From the NCBI GenBank assembly GCA_010909165.1, contig VJWM01000220.1, positions 1 to 64,000 on the forward strand: a stretch of DNA of 64,000 nt, read 5' to 3'. Source of the DNA: Anthoceros angustus (lineage: Eukaryota; Plantae; Anthocerotophyta). The notes beneath the pieces were generated by a model. The model had not been told where the DNA came from and ran no database searches. It saw nothing but the letters and a program-made list of their open reading frames with translations. Positions 62,801-64,000 of the stretch are shown here, piece by piece. Numbering within the stretch: the first letter of the stretch is position 1; every line of letters starts with the position of its first letter. The position numbers and the translations under genes were made by a program.

Positions 62801-64000
62801 TTCAAGAAGGGAGGGCTTTGCACAAGGAAGGTAGAAGGTAGGACGGTATCTCTAAACCTGCAGACCTTTGAGAAGGAAGGTAGGAAGGTAGCTCTAAACC
62901 TCCTGCAGGCCTGTGAGAAGGAAGGTTTGTCCCTAATCACATGTGATAAGGGGATGTGTCACATCTTGCCCTTATCACATGTGCGGGTGTCTGCAACGCA
63001 TGTGCTTGCCCATGTGATTACAGACACCCGCCGCCTATTCATACATATACACTGTTGCGGGAAAGGGAGAAAAGCATGCTACTGTTGGCAGCATCACAGA
63101 AAAATTCGACAAGACCAGCAAGCAAGGGAAGAGGCAAGCTGGACAAGACCTAAGCAAGGGAGAGCTGAGCAAAGAGGGAAAAAGGTGTTTCATTGTCCTG
63201 TATAGGCCTGCTCCTCCTCTCCAGCTGGTCTAGGGTACATGCTGGTTTTTATGAGAGGAGGCTGGCTACCTTGCTTCACGGGTACCTACCCATGACGAAA
63301 GGTAGCCAGGTTTGCTGACATTGTCCTGTTATCCACAAAGTTAGGTGATGCTTGCAGAGGCTGATGACATTGGTCTGTTGTCGACAAGATACAGTCTTTG
63401 CATACATGTCTCCCGGCTTTGACAGCTGTTTTCAGGAGCTTGCAATGTGCAAAGCCAGTAGCCAAGTTGATACTCTTGTGCTTGCAGACTGGCCAGCCAG
63501 CTGCTATTGCAACGCATCTAGCTAATGTCAGTTGTTGCTTTGTCCAATGGGTGGCCGTCCGAGCCCTTCAGCCTGTTCGTTTACTTGACAAGTCTGAGTT
63601 CTCTTCACACAGCGGTGAACTGAGGAGAGAGACTTTTGGATTGGTTTTGAGTCCGAGTGCGCAGTCTGCAGGCTTGTGCCATGCCAGCCCTTTGTTGGTT
63701 TGCGCGGGCGCGGCTGGTGCCCTGCTCACCATACCTTTGATAAAATGGTACACTCACATACCTCGGATATGGCACTCGCGTTCGTTTGGCCTTCCTGCGT
63801 AAGGGTAGGTTCGGTGGTTAAACCGCTTGCCCCAGGCATGTTGTGTTGATGGGCAGCTGGTTTCTTTGGATATTCAGATGGGCCATGGTGCGTCGCCTTC
63901 CAATTCGAGCTCTCCGGACAAGCCAGAGCTTGGCGCGTGTGCAGGATCGTGAATGGGCGTCATGGCTCTATGGAGAATGTGGAGCTTGAGGGATGCTCGC

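Larger units (their letters stand above)
46405..64000 (+). repeat. Large segmental duplication, copy 2 (of about 8110-25040)
   Basis: Colinear with copy 1; for example 60290-61595 is nearly identical to about 20870-22180 and 63060-64000 to 24050-25005. Confidence 0.95.

Overview
Repeat-rich eukaryotic nuclear DNA, almost certainly from a land plant (Ty1/copia elements with tRNA-Met PBS, PLS-class PPR relics; a non-seed plant is plausible but not shown). Many small deletions look like uncorrected long-read errors, so most frameshifts cannot be called real. Five copia families are present. Three of them (B, C, D) occur twice because about 8.1-25.0 kb is duplicated at about 46.4-64 kb. There is also a fragment of an RLE-type (CRE-like) non-LTR retrotransposon at 41.7-43.7 kb. 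With the transposons removed, the backbone is an array of at least 8 copies of an apparently intronless gene family I do not recognise: a twice-repeated LAAxLxxLSDxELxExL helical module, a coiled coil and a C-terminal RING-HC. Most copies are followed by a shared downstream module built from PPR-gene relics. The units mostly alternate head-to-head and tail-to-tail, like fold-back amplicons. Six 0.67-1.5 kb tandem duplications and several deletions have 4-10 bp microhomology at their junctions. Differences between duplicated copies concentrate at CAG/CTG, which probably records CHG methylation through base-calling errors.
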